A stretch of DNA of 32,000 nt from Psychrobacter sp. HD31 (GCF_051097895.1 NZ_CP142525.1:1800001-1832000); one strand, 5' to 3'; counted from the stretch's first letter, positions 7,691-17,546 are shown. A program made the numbers and translations. The notes: generated by a model not told the origin, from the sequence alone.

Positions 7691-8578
7691 ATGACGTTAC
7701 CACCATTAAATGCTCTAAAAGCTTTTGATACGGCGGGGAGACACCAAAGTTTTATTCTTGCAGCTCAAGAGTTGCATGTTTCTCCTGCTTCAATTAGCCG
7801 TTTTATTAAACAGTTAGAGACAAATTTGGGGCTAACTTTGTTTGCACGCCACGCCAATGGTGTGAGCCTAACAGAGCAGGGTGAGCAATACTTGTTAGCA
7901 GTGCAGCCCTCTTTACAAACGATTGCTGCAGCGAGTGAACGTTTTAGGCAACAAAATGTTAAAACTAAGCTAAAAATAGTTGCGATTCCTGCTATTGCAG
8001 AAACTTGGTTGGTTAACCGTCTTTGGAGCTTTCAACAACAACATGAAGAAATACAAATAAACTTGGTGGTTGATGACCAACTTGTGGTCGATGATCAGTT
8101 AGTGTCTTTGCATCCAAATGAGGCAACCATTGTTCTTAATTATTCTCATGGTGATAGAGTAGGGGCGGATTGCTTTGCAATGCCAAAAGATCGGCTTAGC
8201 CTTGTTTGCAACCATGAGGTGGCACAAACACTGAAACAACCAAGTGATATTTATCAGCATAATTTGTTGGTAGATGCCGATTGGAAGGAGGATTGGTATG
8301 CTTGGTTAAAAGCGGCGACATTGCCAACCAAATTGCCAGAAAAATACCAAGAGTTTGAGCGTTATAGTATGGTGTTGCATGCGACGCTGGCAGGTCTTGG
8401 CGTTGCTATTGGTCATACAGCATTATTAAAAAGCTATTTAAAAACAGGTGCATTGGTAGCACCATTTGATGTGCAGGCAACGTCGACAAAACAGTTTTAT
8501 GCCGTGGTTGCTAAAAATACGCAAAGAGCCTCTGTCAAAGCATTTATAAATTGGTTTATTGGACAACCACACTTTTAA
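7691..8578 (+). CDS. LysR family transcriptional regulator (GcvA-like subgroup)
   Basis: N-terminal wHTH LNALKAFDTAGRHQSFILAAQELHVSPASISRFIKQLE plus a C-terminal substrate-binding domain. 295 aa, divergent from ald. Confidence 0.9.
   Translation: MTLPPLNALKAFDTAGRHQSFILAAQELHVSPASISRFIKQLETNLGLTLFARHANGVSLTEQGEQYLLAVQPSLQTIAAASERFRQQNVKTKLKIVAIPAIAETWLVNRLWSFQQQHEEIQINLVVDDQLVVDDQLVSLHPNEATIVLNYSHGDRVGADCFAMPKDRLSLVCNHEVAQTLKQPSDIYQHNLLVDADWKEDWYAWLKAATLPTKLPEKYQEFERYSMVLHATLAGLGVAIGHTALLKSYLKTGALVAPFDVQATSTKQFYAVVAKNTQRASVKAFINWFIGQPHF
8063..8104 (+). repeat. in-frame 18-nt tandem repeat (2.3 copies) encoding LVVDDQ-LVVDDQ-LV inside the LysR gene
   Basis: TTGGTGGTTGATGACCAA / CTTGTGGTCGATGATCAG / TTAGTG. 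The two full units differ at 5 nt, all synonymous. Confidence 0.9.
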
Positions 8579-8672
8579 AATGGCGTAACGATTTCTGCTT
8601 TATTTTTTTAAGGTATGTTTGTGCATGATAAAGTCACTGTTCTAAATCCACTGTCATAACCTCAAAAATGGC

Positions 8673-10307
8673 TCAATCTTTTATCTTGGCAGGGTCATCT
8701 TTTAGGTTGTTATAGCCTACTAACTTAACCCCATTAAACACTTGCACTTTATTTGAGCCTTTATCAGCCTCTGTTTGTGAAAAGAAAGGGTGCTTTAACT
8801 TCAAACTTGGTTCTTCAATCCCTAACCATTCTGCCAATCCACTCATAAAGTCAAAGCCACTTCTTTGAGCATTAATGGTTTGGCGGTTTGTATCATCACT
8901 GGATAGCACCATTAGAGGGACATCATAGTTTTGCTTATATTCAGGATTATGCAGCAAGGTCATCCCTATAAACCCTTTTTTACTATGAGCGAGCCCATGG
9001 TCAGATAAATACATTAAAGAAAAAGTATCTCCTTGCTGTTGTAACGCATGATAAATTTTTTCTAATAATTTATCTGTTTGTCGGATACTGGTTAAATAAC
9101 AGGAGATATCTTTATTAACCACCCCATTAATTGGTTTGATGCCATAATTACTGTCTAATCGATTACAAAACCCTGCATGCGAGCCCATTAAATGCAGCAC
9201 AATTAATTTATGCTCATGGTTTGTTTTTAATGCATTAATCAATGGCGGTAGTAGCTGTAAATCACTGGTATCTTTATCTGTATATTCCCCTTTTTTTAAA
9301 AAGACCACCTCATTTGCCTGATGACCAATCGAGCTGGCTAAAATATCATAGTCGCCATATTGACCTTGATTGGATAACCAATAAGTTTGCATACCCGCTG
9401 AGTTTGCCAATGAATTAACACTGTTAGAATAAATAAAGTTTTCTGGTGGGTTGTTTTGTAACAACATGCGTTGTAATGAGGTGCCTGTGTTATAGCCAGG
9501 TGCAATATAGTGGTTAAAAACCTTGGCATTGGTATTGGATAAAAATGGGGTGGTATCAAGCGGATAACCGTAGGCAGACATATAATCTTTACGCATGCTT
9601 TCGCCAATAACCAACACATAGTTTGTATAGTTGTGATGAACCTCGTTAATTTGCCAAGTTGCTTTTAGTTTTTGAGAGGCTTTTAATTTTTGTTTATGTT
9701 CAAAGTATTTATGATTAAAGTAAATGATGTCACTAACAAAGCGAATGGGGTAATAACCAACTTTGCCGAGTGTATCTAATGAAACTTGTTTTTCTTTATA
9801 TATTTCAGAACAAGGTCTATGCATAATTGGTAATACAATCACCAATAAAAAGATACCGAGCATTTTTTTTGTATTTTGGCTGCTTTTTATGTGTTTATTT
9901 AGCTTATAAACGCAGGTGAATAGCCCGATATAGATAATCAGATAGAAAAAAGTCTTTAAAGATACCAATTCAGTGACAAATTCTAATGACTCTGCTTTAT
10001 TTGTCTCGTACAGTGAGATAATCGCACCAATATCTAACTCGCCATAATTAATGGCTGTTGGTAAATACAGGGCAGATAATAAAAAGACAAACCACAGATA
10101 AATGACAAAGCCTTTATTACTCAATAGCTTTAATACCCATAGGCTGATAAAAAGCCATAGACCATAGGCTAAAATCCGCTCACCGGTTCTACCCATTGCA
10201 AATATTGATAAACAACTAAATAACAATAAACTTAACCAATAACAAGCATGATAAAAAGAGCTTTTACTAAATGTGGTTAGTTTTTGGAATAGAGCAGGTA
10301 TTTGCAT
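8673..10307 (-). CDS. phosphoethanolamine transferase (sulfatase-like / alkaline phosphatase superfamily, CptA/EptC/Lpt3-like rather than EptA/MCR-like)
   Basis: 544 aa. N-terminal multi-TM domain plus a periplasmic domain with VLVIGESMRKDYMSAYGYP, NTGTS (candidate Thr nucleophile), LHLMGSH and YLSDHG motifs. The gene is markedly AT-rich. The start codon is uncertain because there is no clear RBS. Confidence 0.8.
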   Translation of the reverse strand: MQIPALFQKLTTFSKSSFYHACYWLSLLLFSCLSIFAMGRTGERILAYGLWLFISLWVLKLLSNKGFVIYLWFVFLLSALYLPTAINYGELDIGAIISLYETNKAESLEFVTELVSLKTFFYLIIYIGLFTCVYKLNKHIKSSQNTKKMLGIFLLVIVLPIMHRPCSEIYKEKQVSLDTLGKVGYYPIRFVSDIIYFNHKYFEHKQKLKASQKLKATWQINEVHHNYTNYVLVIGESMRKDYMSAYGYPLDTTPFLSNTNAKVFNHYIAPGYNTGTSLQRMLLQNNPPENFIYSNSVNSLANSAGMQTYWLSNQGQYGDYDILASSIGHQANEVVFLKKGEYTDKDTSDLQLLPPLINALKTNHEHKLIVLHLMGSHAGFCNRLDSNYGIKPINGVVNKDISCYLTSIRQTDKLLEKIYHALQQQGDTFSLMYLSDHGLAHSKKGFIGMTLLHNPEYKQNYDVPLMVLSSDDTNRQTINAQRSGFDFMSGLAEWLGIEEPSLKLKHPFFSQTEADKGSNKVQVFNGVKLVGYNNLKDDPAKIKD

Positions 10308-10401
10308 AATGATAAAGGATGGTTTTTATAGAAGGGCAACATTATACAATTAGTTTATGATTAATGACAAACTCCCTTATTTTAAGATGGTTTTGTCAGG
10401 T

Positions 10402-10438
10402 ATAAAAAATCGCCACACCACAAGGCATGACGATTTTT
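10402..10438 (-). terminator. rho-independent terminator of purL
   Basis: Minus-strand RNA reads AAUCGUCAU-N10-GUGGCGAUU followed by UUUUAUA. There are 9 bp, and the 2 G.U pairs form only in the minus transcript. Confidence 0.7.
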
Positions 10439-10462
10439 AAGTTCGCTTACAATCACAAAAAG

Positions 10463-13400
10463 TTACTGCAAAAACGCCATCGCATTTCTAAACATACGCA
10501 TCCATGCACCATCACCTTGCCATTCGTTTGGTTTCCAGCTGTGGTTAATCGCACGTAAGTTACGCTCAGGGTGTGGCATCATCAGGGTTACACGTCCATC
10601 ATTACTGGTAACCCCAGTCACGCCACCAATAGAGCCATTCGGGTTGAGTGGATAAGTTTGCGTCGGGTTACCTTGGCTATCGACATAACGCAGGGCAAGA
10701 TGACCATGTTGCGCCATGTTTTGAACTTCGTCAGCCCTTAAATCAGCCAAACCTTCACCATGAGCGACAGCAACAGGGAGGATACTGCCTTGCATACCCG
10801 TCAATAATACCGACTTAGTTTGTTCAATCCGTACATTGACGGTACGACCTTCAAAGCGTGCAGAGTTATTTGCAATAAAGCGTGGGAAGTGAGCAGCATC
10901 AGGCATCAAGTCTTTTAACTGAGCCATCATTTGACAGCCATTACACACCCCTAAACTAAAGGTTTCTTTACGATGGAAGAACTGAACAAACTGCATACGC
11001 AGCTCATCATGGAACAATACCGAATTAGCCCAACCAGAGCCAGCACCCAAGACATCACCATAACTAAAGCCACCACAAGCTACCAAGCCTTCAAAGTCAC
11101 GCAAGTGTACGCGTCCTTTAATGAGGTCGCTCATATGTACGTCAACGGCTTCAAACCCTGCTTGCACAAACCCTGCCGCCATCTCTAGCTGTCCATTGAC
11201 ACCTTGCTCACGCAAAATTGCCACTTTTGGTCGCACGGTGCGAGCATTTAGATAAGGCACTTCAATCTTTTGGTCTAAATCATAGTTGGCTTGAGCAATT
11301 AACCCCAAGTGTGTAGGGTCAACAATCAAGTCAAATTCTTGTTGTACACAAGCAGGGTTGTCACGATTCTTGGCAATTTGATAGCTGACTTGAGTCCATG
11401 TTTGTTGTAGGTCAGCACGGTCAAATACTAGGGCGTTATCTCCCATATGAGATGGCGTAATGATGGTCAATTTATCTTGGTTTGCACCACCTTCTGGGGT
11501 CTCTATGGTTTGACCGATTAGGGTCATTAGCTCACCCACATGGTGTTCATCAGCCAATGCCATTACCTGCTCAACATGCTCTGGTAATACCTGAATGACG
11601 GCACCTAACTCTTCAGCAAATAGCTGACCAATCAACCCATTATTAGAGTCGTTATCAGACAAATTTAGGTTAATTGCCATGCGAGCCGTAAACTGCATTT
11701 CCGCAACTGTGGCAATCAAGCCGCCATCACCAATGTCGTGATAGGCAGAAATAACCCCAGCTTCATTACCTGCTTGAATAAAGTTAAACAGGTTAACTAG
11801 GTCGTCTGCACCATTTTCAATGTCTAAATCTGGACACTCATCACCCAGCTGACTCATGGTTTGAGCCAAAATAGAACCACCCAAACGGAACTGACCTTTT
11901 GATAAATCGAGTCGATATAAGCCTGCATCTGCATTTACCAGTTCTGGCGTTAAAGTTTTTGCCACATTGCTGACAGGAGCAAATGCAGAAATCACCAAGC
12001 TCATTGGGCTAACGACACTTTTATCACCGTCTTCATCCGACCAATTGGCACGCATTGATAGTGAGTCTTTACCCACAGGAATGGCAATGCCAAGCTTTGG
12101 ACACAGCTCTTCACCAACCGTATACACCGCATCAAACAAGGCAGAATCTTCACTATCTTCTCCACACGCTGCCATCCAGTTAGCGGATAAGGTAATGTCA
12201 GATAGCTTGTCTATTCTTGCCCCTGCAATGTTAGTGATGGCTTCGGCAACCGCCAAACGGGCAGAAGCTGCTGGATTAATCAAGGCAACTGGGGGACGCT
12301 CACCCATGCTCATGGCTTCACCTGTGGTTGCAGTGAGTCCTGTTGCAGTTACCGCACAGTCCGCCACGGGTACTTGATAGCGTCCAACGTATTGGTCACG
12401 CACCACCATACCAGTGATAGAGCGGTCACCAATGCTGATTAAGAAAGACTTACTGGCAACGGTTGGATGACGTAGTACATCTGCTACAGCAGTTTTTAGG
12501 TCAATATCAGCTGTATTGAGTGGGTTAAGTTGTGTTTTAAGATTGTCTGTACGACTAAATGAGCGTTTCATTTTTGGCGTACCACCAAGCAACACCTGCA
12601 TTGGCATATCAACGGGTTGCTCAGGTAATAGCTCATCGTTTACCACTAATTGACGCACTTCGGTTGCATGACCAAGCACCGCATAAGGGCAACGCTCACG
12701 CTCACAAATGGCTTCAAATCGTTCAATATCGTCAGGGCGAACTGCCAACACATAACGCTCTTGTGCCTCATTAGACCAGATAGCCATTGGTGACATGCCT
12801 GCCTCAAGCGAAGGCACTTTACGAAGCTCAAGCACTGCGCCTAATCCGTGGTCATCAACCAGCTCTGGCATGGCGTTTGATAACCCGCCTGCACCCACGT
12901 CATGGATAGAAACGATTGGGTTGGTATCTTCACCTTCTTTTGCCAATGCCCAACAGCGGTCAATGACTTCTTGGCAACGGCGTTCCATCTCGGCATTATC
13001 ACGTTGCACAGAGGCAAAATCCAAGCCTTCATCCAGCTCCCCACTGTCCACAGATGAGGCAGCACCACCGCCCAAACCAATTTGCATCGCTTGACCACCC
13101 AATACGATAAGCAAATCACCTTCAGCAATGGCATTTTTTTCAACCAAGTTACGCTTGATGTTACCAAAACCACCTGCAATCATCATGGGTTTGTGATAGC
13201 CACGCATTTGGCTACCATCTTGCTCTTGTGAAGTGTCTAATTGGAATGAGCGGAAATAACCACACAGATTAGGACGACCAAACTCATTAGAGAAGTTAGC
13301 ACTGCCCAGTGGTGCATGGGTCATAATGTCTCGTGGTGATGCCATACGCTCGGGCTTACCATAAACCTTGGTGTTGACTGCACCAGACTGCTCCCACTTT

Positions 13401-14473
13401 TCTGGCATATCTGGCAAGTGTAGATGAGATACGTTAAAGCCTGCCAAACCTGCTTTTGGTTTACCGCCACGCCCCGTTGCGCCCTCGTCACGAATTTCGC
13501 CGCCTGAACCTGTTGAAGCGCCAGCATAAGGCGCAATGGCAGTTGGGTGGTTGTGGGTCTCCACCTTCATTAAAATATCGACTTGCTCATTGTGGAAATT
13601 GTAGTTGTGGTGAGCGTCTTGTGAGTCATTGACAGGATAAAAACGCTGGGCTTCAAAGCCTGCCATCACAGCGGCATTGTCTTTATAAGCAGACAAAATG
13701 CCATCAGGATTGCTTTCGTGAGTGTTGCGAATCATCTTAAACAATGATTTTGGTTGTACCTCACCATCAATCGTCCATTCTGCATTAAAGATTTTATGAC
13801 GGCAATGCTCGGAGTTTGCTTGAGCAAACATCATGAGTTCAACATCGGTTGGATTACGCTTTAATGCCTGTTCTGGGTCATTCACATAGGCATTCATGAG
13901 ATAATCAATATCTTCACTCGATAAGGCAAAACCAAACTCGATATTTGCCGTTTCTAGTGCTTCACGACCACCACCAATGATGTCGATTTCATTTAAATGA
14001 GACGGCTGGTGGTCATCAAATAAGTTATGCACGCTGTCGACTTTATAAACAATAGACTGCGTCATTTGGTCATGCAAAGTCTGCTCAGCAGTCTTTGGAA
14101 GTTTACCATCCACCAGTTCTGCCATGTCTAAGGTTAAAGTAAACACCACGGCACGCTCAACACGCTCAAGGGTGATATCACAGTTATTAAAGATGTCTGT
14201 TGCCTTACTTGCCCATGGGCTGATTGTGCCAAAACGTGGACAAACGGTGACTTGGATTTGTCCGTCATTAGCGCTTTGTAGGCTAATTTCATCGCCTTGG
14301 TTTAGTAAGTTAATTGCCTTTTTGTATTCAGCAGGTTGCAGCGAGCGAGAAGTAATATAGACTTGTTGGCTGGTTAAGTCAGTTACTTTAAGCTTTGTTT
14401 TGGTGTTAAGTTCGGCAACGAGTTGTTGCGTTTGAAATGCCGTAAGAAATGCACGTCCAGCGATGGTCATCAT
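10463..14473 (-). CDS. purL: phosphoribosylformylglycinamidine synthase, single-chain large form
   Basis: 1336 aa with FGAM-synthase architecture. It has duplicated AIR-synthase-like domains (DVGAGGL, DIGDGGL) and a C-terminal glutaminase domain with GVCNGCQ (Cys nucleophile) and MMPHPER. Confidence 0.97.
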   Translation of the reverse strand: MMTIAGRAFLTAFQTQQLVAELNTKTKLKVTDLTSQQVYITSRSLQPAEYKKAINLLNQGDEISLQSANDGQIQVTVCPRFGTISPWASKATDIFNNCDITLERVERAVVFTLTLDMAELVDGKLPKTAEQTLHDQMTQSIVYKVDSVHNLFDDHQPSHLNEIDIIGGGREALETANIEFGFALSSEDIDYLMNAYVNDPEQALKRNPTDVELMMFAQANSEHCRHKIFNAEWTIDGEVQPKSLFKMIRNTHESNPDGILSAYKDNAAVMAGFEAQRFYPVNDSQDAHHNYNFHNEQVDILMKVETHNHPTAIAPYAGASTGSGGEIRDEGATGRGGKPKAGLAGFNVSHLHLPDMPEKWEQSGAVNTKVYGKPERMASPRDIMTHAPLGSANFSNEFGRPNLCGYFRSFQLDTSQEQDGSQMRGYHKPMMIAGGFGNIKRNLVEKNAIAEGDLLIVLGGQAMQIGLGGGAASSVDSGELDEGLDFASVQRDNAEMERRCQEVIDRCWALAKEGEDTNPIVSIHDVGAGGLSNAMPELVDDHGLGAVLELRKVPSLEAGMSPMAIWSNEAQERYVLAVRPDDIERFEAICERERCPYAVLGHATEVRQLVVNDELLPEQPVDMPMQVLLGGTPKMKRSFSRTDNLKTQLNPLNTADIDLKTAVADVLRHPTVASKSFLISIGDRSITGMVVRDQYVGRYQVPVADCAVTATGLTATTGEAMSMGERPPVALINPAASARLAVAEAITNIAGARIDKLSDITLSANWMAACGEDSEDSALFDAVYTVGEELCPKLGIAIPVGKDSLSMRANWSDEDGDKSVVSPMSLVISAFAPVSNVAKTLTPELVNADAGLYRLDLSKGQFRLGGSILAQTMSQLGDECPDLDIENGADDLVNLFNFIQAGNEAGVISAYHDIGDGGLIATVAEMQFTARMAINLNLSDNDSNNGLIGQLFAEELGAVIQVLPEHVEQVMALADEHHVGELMTLIGQTIETPEGGANQDKLTIITPSHMGDNALVFDRADLQQTWTQVSYQIAKNRDNPACVQQEFDLIVDPTHLGLIAQANYDLDQKIEVPYLNARTVRPKVAILREQGVNGQLEMAAGFVQAGFEAVDVHMSDLIKGRVHLRDFEGLVACGGFSYGDVLGAGSGWANSVLFHDELRMQFVQFFHRKETFSLGVCNGCQMMAQLKDLMPDAAHFPRFIANNSARFEGRTVNVRIEQTKSVLLTGMQGSILPVAVAHGEGLADLRADEVQNMAQHGHLALRYVDSQGNPTQTYPLNPNGSIGGVTGVTSNDGRVTLMMPHPERNLRAINHSWKPNEWQGDGAWMRMFRNAMAFLQ

Positions 14474-14563
14474 AAGAGCGGTTCTCTTGTTGGGTTATTT
14501 GAGAATGACAAATGTAATGATTGAATTATAACAATTTTATGCGATGAGTGGTGAGAGATTGGC

Positions 14564-14590
14564 AATAAAAAACGCCCATGATTGGACGTT
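14564..14590 (-). terminator. rho-independent terminator of pgsA
   Basis: Minus-strand RNA reads AACGUCCA-AUCA-UGGGCGUU followed by UUUUAUU. The single G.U pair is valid only in the minus transcript. Confidence 0.65.
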
Positions 14591-14634
14591 TGTATTATTT
14601 TGTATTGAGTGAAAGAAGTAACAAATTTTTTTGT

Positions 14635-15300
14635 TTACCCTTGCTTTAAATATGGCCAAGCGGCTTTCATATATATCATCATTGACCAAAGGGTTAAAAT
14701 TACTGCTGCTAACATCAACACATAGCCTATGGTTTCAAGCGATTGCCAGTTTAGTAGCAGTACGGTAATGGCTATCATCTGAAACGTGGTTTTTAACTTG
14801 CCAACATAGGATACGGCCACACTAGTACGATTACCCAGCTCTGCCATCCACTCACGCAACGCAGATACTGCAATTTCACGTGAGATAATGACAATGGCAG
14901 CAATGGCCATAATGATATTGGGATGCCATTGCACCAAAATAATCAGTGCTGCTGCAACCATTAATTTATCGGCAACAGGGTCTAAAAACCGCCCAAATGC
15001 TGAGGTAATGTTCATTTTACGGGCTAGGTAACCATCCAGCCAATCTGTAATTGCCGCTAAAACAAATAAAAAGGTGAGCAAAAAATGGCGTAGCATACTA
15101 TTGCTAAAACTGTCGATATTCATCCCAATATTTGCAATCGCATTATTACTAATCATTGGTGTGCCAATACCTAAAGCAGGTGGCCAATAGGCAATTGCCA
15201 CAAAAATAGGAATCATGACAATGCGAGCAATGGTTAAATTGTTTGGCAGATTAAAAATGCTGGTATTATTGCTTAAATTTTGCTGTGTTGGCTGAGTCAT
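14635..15300 (-). CDS. pgsA: CDP-diacylglycerol--glycerol-3-phosphate 3-phosphatidyltransferase
   Basis: CDP-alcohol phosphatidyltransferase signature DWLDGYLARKMNITSAFGRFLDPVADK. Polytopic, 221 aa, which is longer than E. coli PgsA because of an insertion after TM1. Confidence 0.9.
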   Translation of the reverse strand: MTQPTQQNLSNNTSIFNLPNNLTIARIVMIPIFVAIAYWPPALGIGTPMISNNAIANIGMNIDSFSNSMLRHFLLTFLFVLAAITDWLDGYLARKMNITSAFGRFLDPVADKLMVAAALIILVQWHPNIIMAIAAIVIISREIAVSALREWMAELGNRTSVAVSYVGKLKTTFQMIAITVLLLNWQSLETIGYVLMLAAVILTLWSMMIYMKAAWPYLKQG

Positions 15301-15339
15301 ATCAATATTTTTATGATAAAAATAGTTGATGACAAGCTT

Positions 15340-15501
15340 AACATGTTTAAAGGAGGAGGCAAACTGTTGTGGTTAAAAATGCCAATAATAATGCTCATAA
15401 AAAATATCTCATCACCACATATAATCTTAAACCGCTGTGCTATTTAACCGCATTTTTTAGCTCATTTTCTATATATTTAAATATGTTAAATTAAACATGT
15501 T
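15340..15501. repeat. 11-bp inverted repeat AACATGTTTAA ... TTAAACATGTT bracketing a 140-bp AT-rich segment in the pgsA-acs spacer
   Basis: Arms at 15340-15350 and 15491-15501 are perfect reverse complements. The AACATGTT core is itself palindromic, so the arms also read as direct repeats. Confidence 0.6.
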
Positions 15502-15533
15502 TTATGCTCAGTTTTGCTAATGCAACCCAGCTT

Positions 15534-15569
15534 AAAATAAAAAGCCAACCACCTTTAAGGTGATTGGCT
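15534..15569 (-). terminator. rho-independent terminator of acs
   Basis: Minus-strand RNA reads AGCCAAUCACC-UUAAA-GGUGGUUGGCU followed by UUUUAUUUU. The stem is 11 bp with one G.U pair. Confidence 0.7.
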
Positions 15570-15599
15570 TAATAAAGATAAGCGTTTGTTTAATGAAGA

Positions 15600-17546
15600 T
15601 TAGCCATTTTTAACAACGTCAATTAAGCTATCTACAACGTCACTATCCGCTAAAGTAGAAGTGTCGCCTAAGCCGTCATATTCGCCAGCAGCAAGCTTAC
15701 GCAAAATGCGACGCATGATTTTACCTGAACGAGTTTTTGGTAAACCATCAACAATATACATTGCATCAAGGCTTGCGATTGGACCAATTTCGGCACGTAC
15801 GTGACGGTTGATTTCAGCTTTAAGCATGTCGGTTGCTTCTTCGCCTGTGCGTAAAATTAAGTAACCAGCAACGCCTTGACCTTTAATCTCGTGTGGCATA
15901 CCAACAATAGCTGCTTCGGCAACTGCTGGGTGTGCAACTAAGGCAGACTCAATTTCAGCGGTGCCAAGACGGTGACCAGATACGTTTAATACATCATCAA
16001 CACGGCCTGTAATCCAGTAGTGACCATCTTCGTCACGTTGTGCGCCATCGCCAGTAAAGTAGTTGCCAGGGTAGGTACTAAAGTAGGCTTCTAAGAAACG
16101 TTCTTGGTTGCCCCAAATGGTACGCATTTGTCCTGGCCAGCTATCACGGATGATTAGGTTACCCTCACAAGCGCCTGTCAGTTCGTTGCCTTCACTATCA
16201 ACAATGGCTGGTTTAATACCATATTGTGGTGTTTGCGTAGAGCCAGGTTTTAAGTCTACAGCATTTGGGATTGGTGACATTAGTACGCCGCCTGTTTCGG
16301 TTTGCCACCATGTGTCAACAATTGGGCAACGCGCATCGCCAACGACGTTATAGAACCAGTCCCAAGCTTCTGGATTGATTGGCTCACCCACCGAGCCTAA
16401 TAGGCGTAGGCTAGAGCGATCTGATTTACGCACAAATTCATCGCCTTCTTTCATCATGGCACGGATGGCAGTTGGTGCGGTATATAAAATGGTAATATCA
16501 TGCTTGTCAACAATATGACCAATACGTGCCCAATCTGGGTACTGTGGTACACCTTCAAACATAACGGTCGTTGTACCATTAGCAAGTGGTGCATAGGTTA
16601 CATAACTATGACCAGTAATCCAACCTACATCGGCAGTACACCAAAATACGTCATCTTTTTTGATATCAAAAATATCTCTAAAGGTAGATAGGGTATACGT
16701 TAAATAACCGCCAGTTGTATGTAATACGCCTTTTGGCGTACCCGTTGAGCCAGAAGTGTATAGCAAAAATAGTGGGTCTTCTGCGTTCATTTTTTCTGGT
16801 TCACACTCATTGCTCGCATTGTCAACAACCGTGTGATACCAAACATCACGACGGCCACTCATCGGAACAGACGTACCTGTACGGTGTACAACAACAACCT
16901 TCTCAACGCATTCAGTACCATCAACATCTAACGCATGGTCCACATTTGTTTTAAGTGGGGTATGTTTGCCACCACGTACGCCTTCATCTGCGGTGATAAC
17001 AACTTTAGATTGGCTATCTATAATGCGGTTTGCTAAGCTGTCTGATGAAAACCCACCAAAAACGACTGAGTGTACCGCACCAATGCGCGCACAAGCCAAC
17101 ATAGAAAATACGGCTTCAGGAATCATTGGTAAATAAAGGGTAACACGATCGCCTTTTTGCACACCCATTTTACGAAGCGCATTGCCTAAACGGCAGACCT
17201 CTTGATGCAACTCTTTATATGAAATGATTTTGTGCTCTGATGGGTGGTCACCTTCCCAAATAATAGCTGGCTTGTATGGGCTTTCTGCTAAGTGACGATC
17301 AATACAGTTTACTGATACGTTTAACTCGCCATCTTCATACCATTTGATTTTAAAGTCATCTAGGTCGTAATTTACATTTTTGATGATGGTTGGTTTTTTG
17401 TACCAATCAAGTAGTTCTGATCTTTTTTGCCAAAATGCCTCATTACCACCATCGGTAATAGACTCAGCATAAGTTTGTTGGTATTGCTCTGATGTGGTGT
17501 TTGCTTTGGCAGAAAACTCAGCACTTGCAGGGTATGTTTTGGACAT
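15600..17546 (-). CDS. acs: acetyl-CoA synthetase (AMP-forming)
   Basis: AMP-binding motif [11 protein letters not shown] and C-terminal [12 protein letters not shown] chose the start at [11 protein letters not shown] (ATG 17546) because AAGGAGGTT lies 7 nt upstream. The ORF-track start at 17591 adds 15 unsupported codons. Confidence 0.95.
   Translation of the reverse strand: MSKTYPASAEFSAKANTTSEQYQQTYAESITDGGNEAFWQKRSELLDWYKKPTIIKNVNYDLDDFKIKWYEDGELNVSVNCIDRHLAESPYKPAIIWEGDHPSEHKIISYKELHQEVCRLGNALRKMGVQKGDRVTLYLPMIPEAVFSMLACARIGAVHSVVFGGFSSDSLANRIIDSQSKVVITADEGVRGGKHTPLKTNVDHALDVDGTECVEKVVVVHRTGTSVPMSGRRDVWYHTVVDNASNECEPEKMNAEDPLFLLYTSGSTGTPKGVLHTTGGYLTYTLSTFRDIFDIKKDDVFWCTADVGWITGHSYVTYAPLANGTTTVMFEGVPQYPDWARIGHIVDKHDITILYTAPTAIRAMMKEGDEFVRKSDRSSLRLLGSVGEPINPEAWDWFYNVVGDARCPIVDTWWQTETGGVLMSPIPNAVDLKPGSTQTPQYGIKPAIVDSEGNELTGACEGNLIIRDSWPGQMRTIWGNQERFLEAYFSTYPGNYFTGDGAQRDEDGHYWITGRVDDVLNVSGHRLGTAEIESALVAHPAVAEAAIVGMPHEIKGQGVAGYLILRTGEEATDMLKAEINRHVRAEIGPIASLDAMYIVDGLPKTRSGKIMRRILRKLAAGEYDGLGDTSTLADSDVVDSLIDVVKNG

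Noticed and set aside
9291-9870. Homopolymeric tracts in the pEtN transferase coding strand (A7 at 9291-9297, A8 at 9863-9870), considered as phase-variation switches.
   Set aside because: A/T runs of 7-8 are common in a gene of about 30% G+C and encode Lys-Lys. Classical contingency loci use longer G/C tracts or tetramer repeats. This cannot be supported from one sequence.
8673-10307. Possibility that the pEtN transferase is an MCR/EptA-type colistin-resistance determinant, since Moraxella is a known mcr reservoir.
   Set aside because: The catalytic-domain motifs and the N-terminal region resemble the CptA/EptC branch, not the EptA/MCR sequences I can recall. There is no basis for a resistance claim without phylogeny or phenotype.
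8625-10317. 9-nt direct repeat ATGATAAAG flanking the phosphoethanolamine transferase gene (8625-8633 and 10309-10317), considered as possible insertion-site duplications.
   Set aside because: A single 9-mer match between two AT-rich spacers of about 100-150 nt is well within chance. No inverted repeats, integrase or transposase accompany it.
10973-14360. Numerous 60-136-aa ORFs overlapping purL on the opposite strand or off-frame on the same strand. Examples are 11967-12377 and 12795-13094 on the + strand and 12841-13179 off-frame on the - strand.
   Set aside because: They lie entirely within a highly conserved 1336-aa gene and have no RBS or recognisable motifs. Their composition is low-complexity and Ser/Ala/Pro-rich, which is typical of shadow frames.
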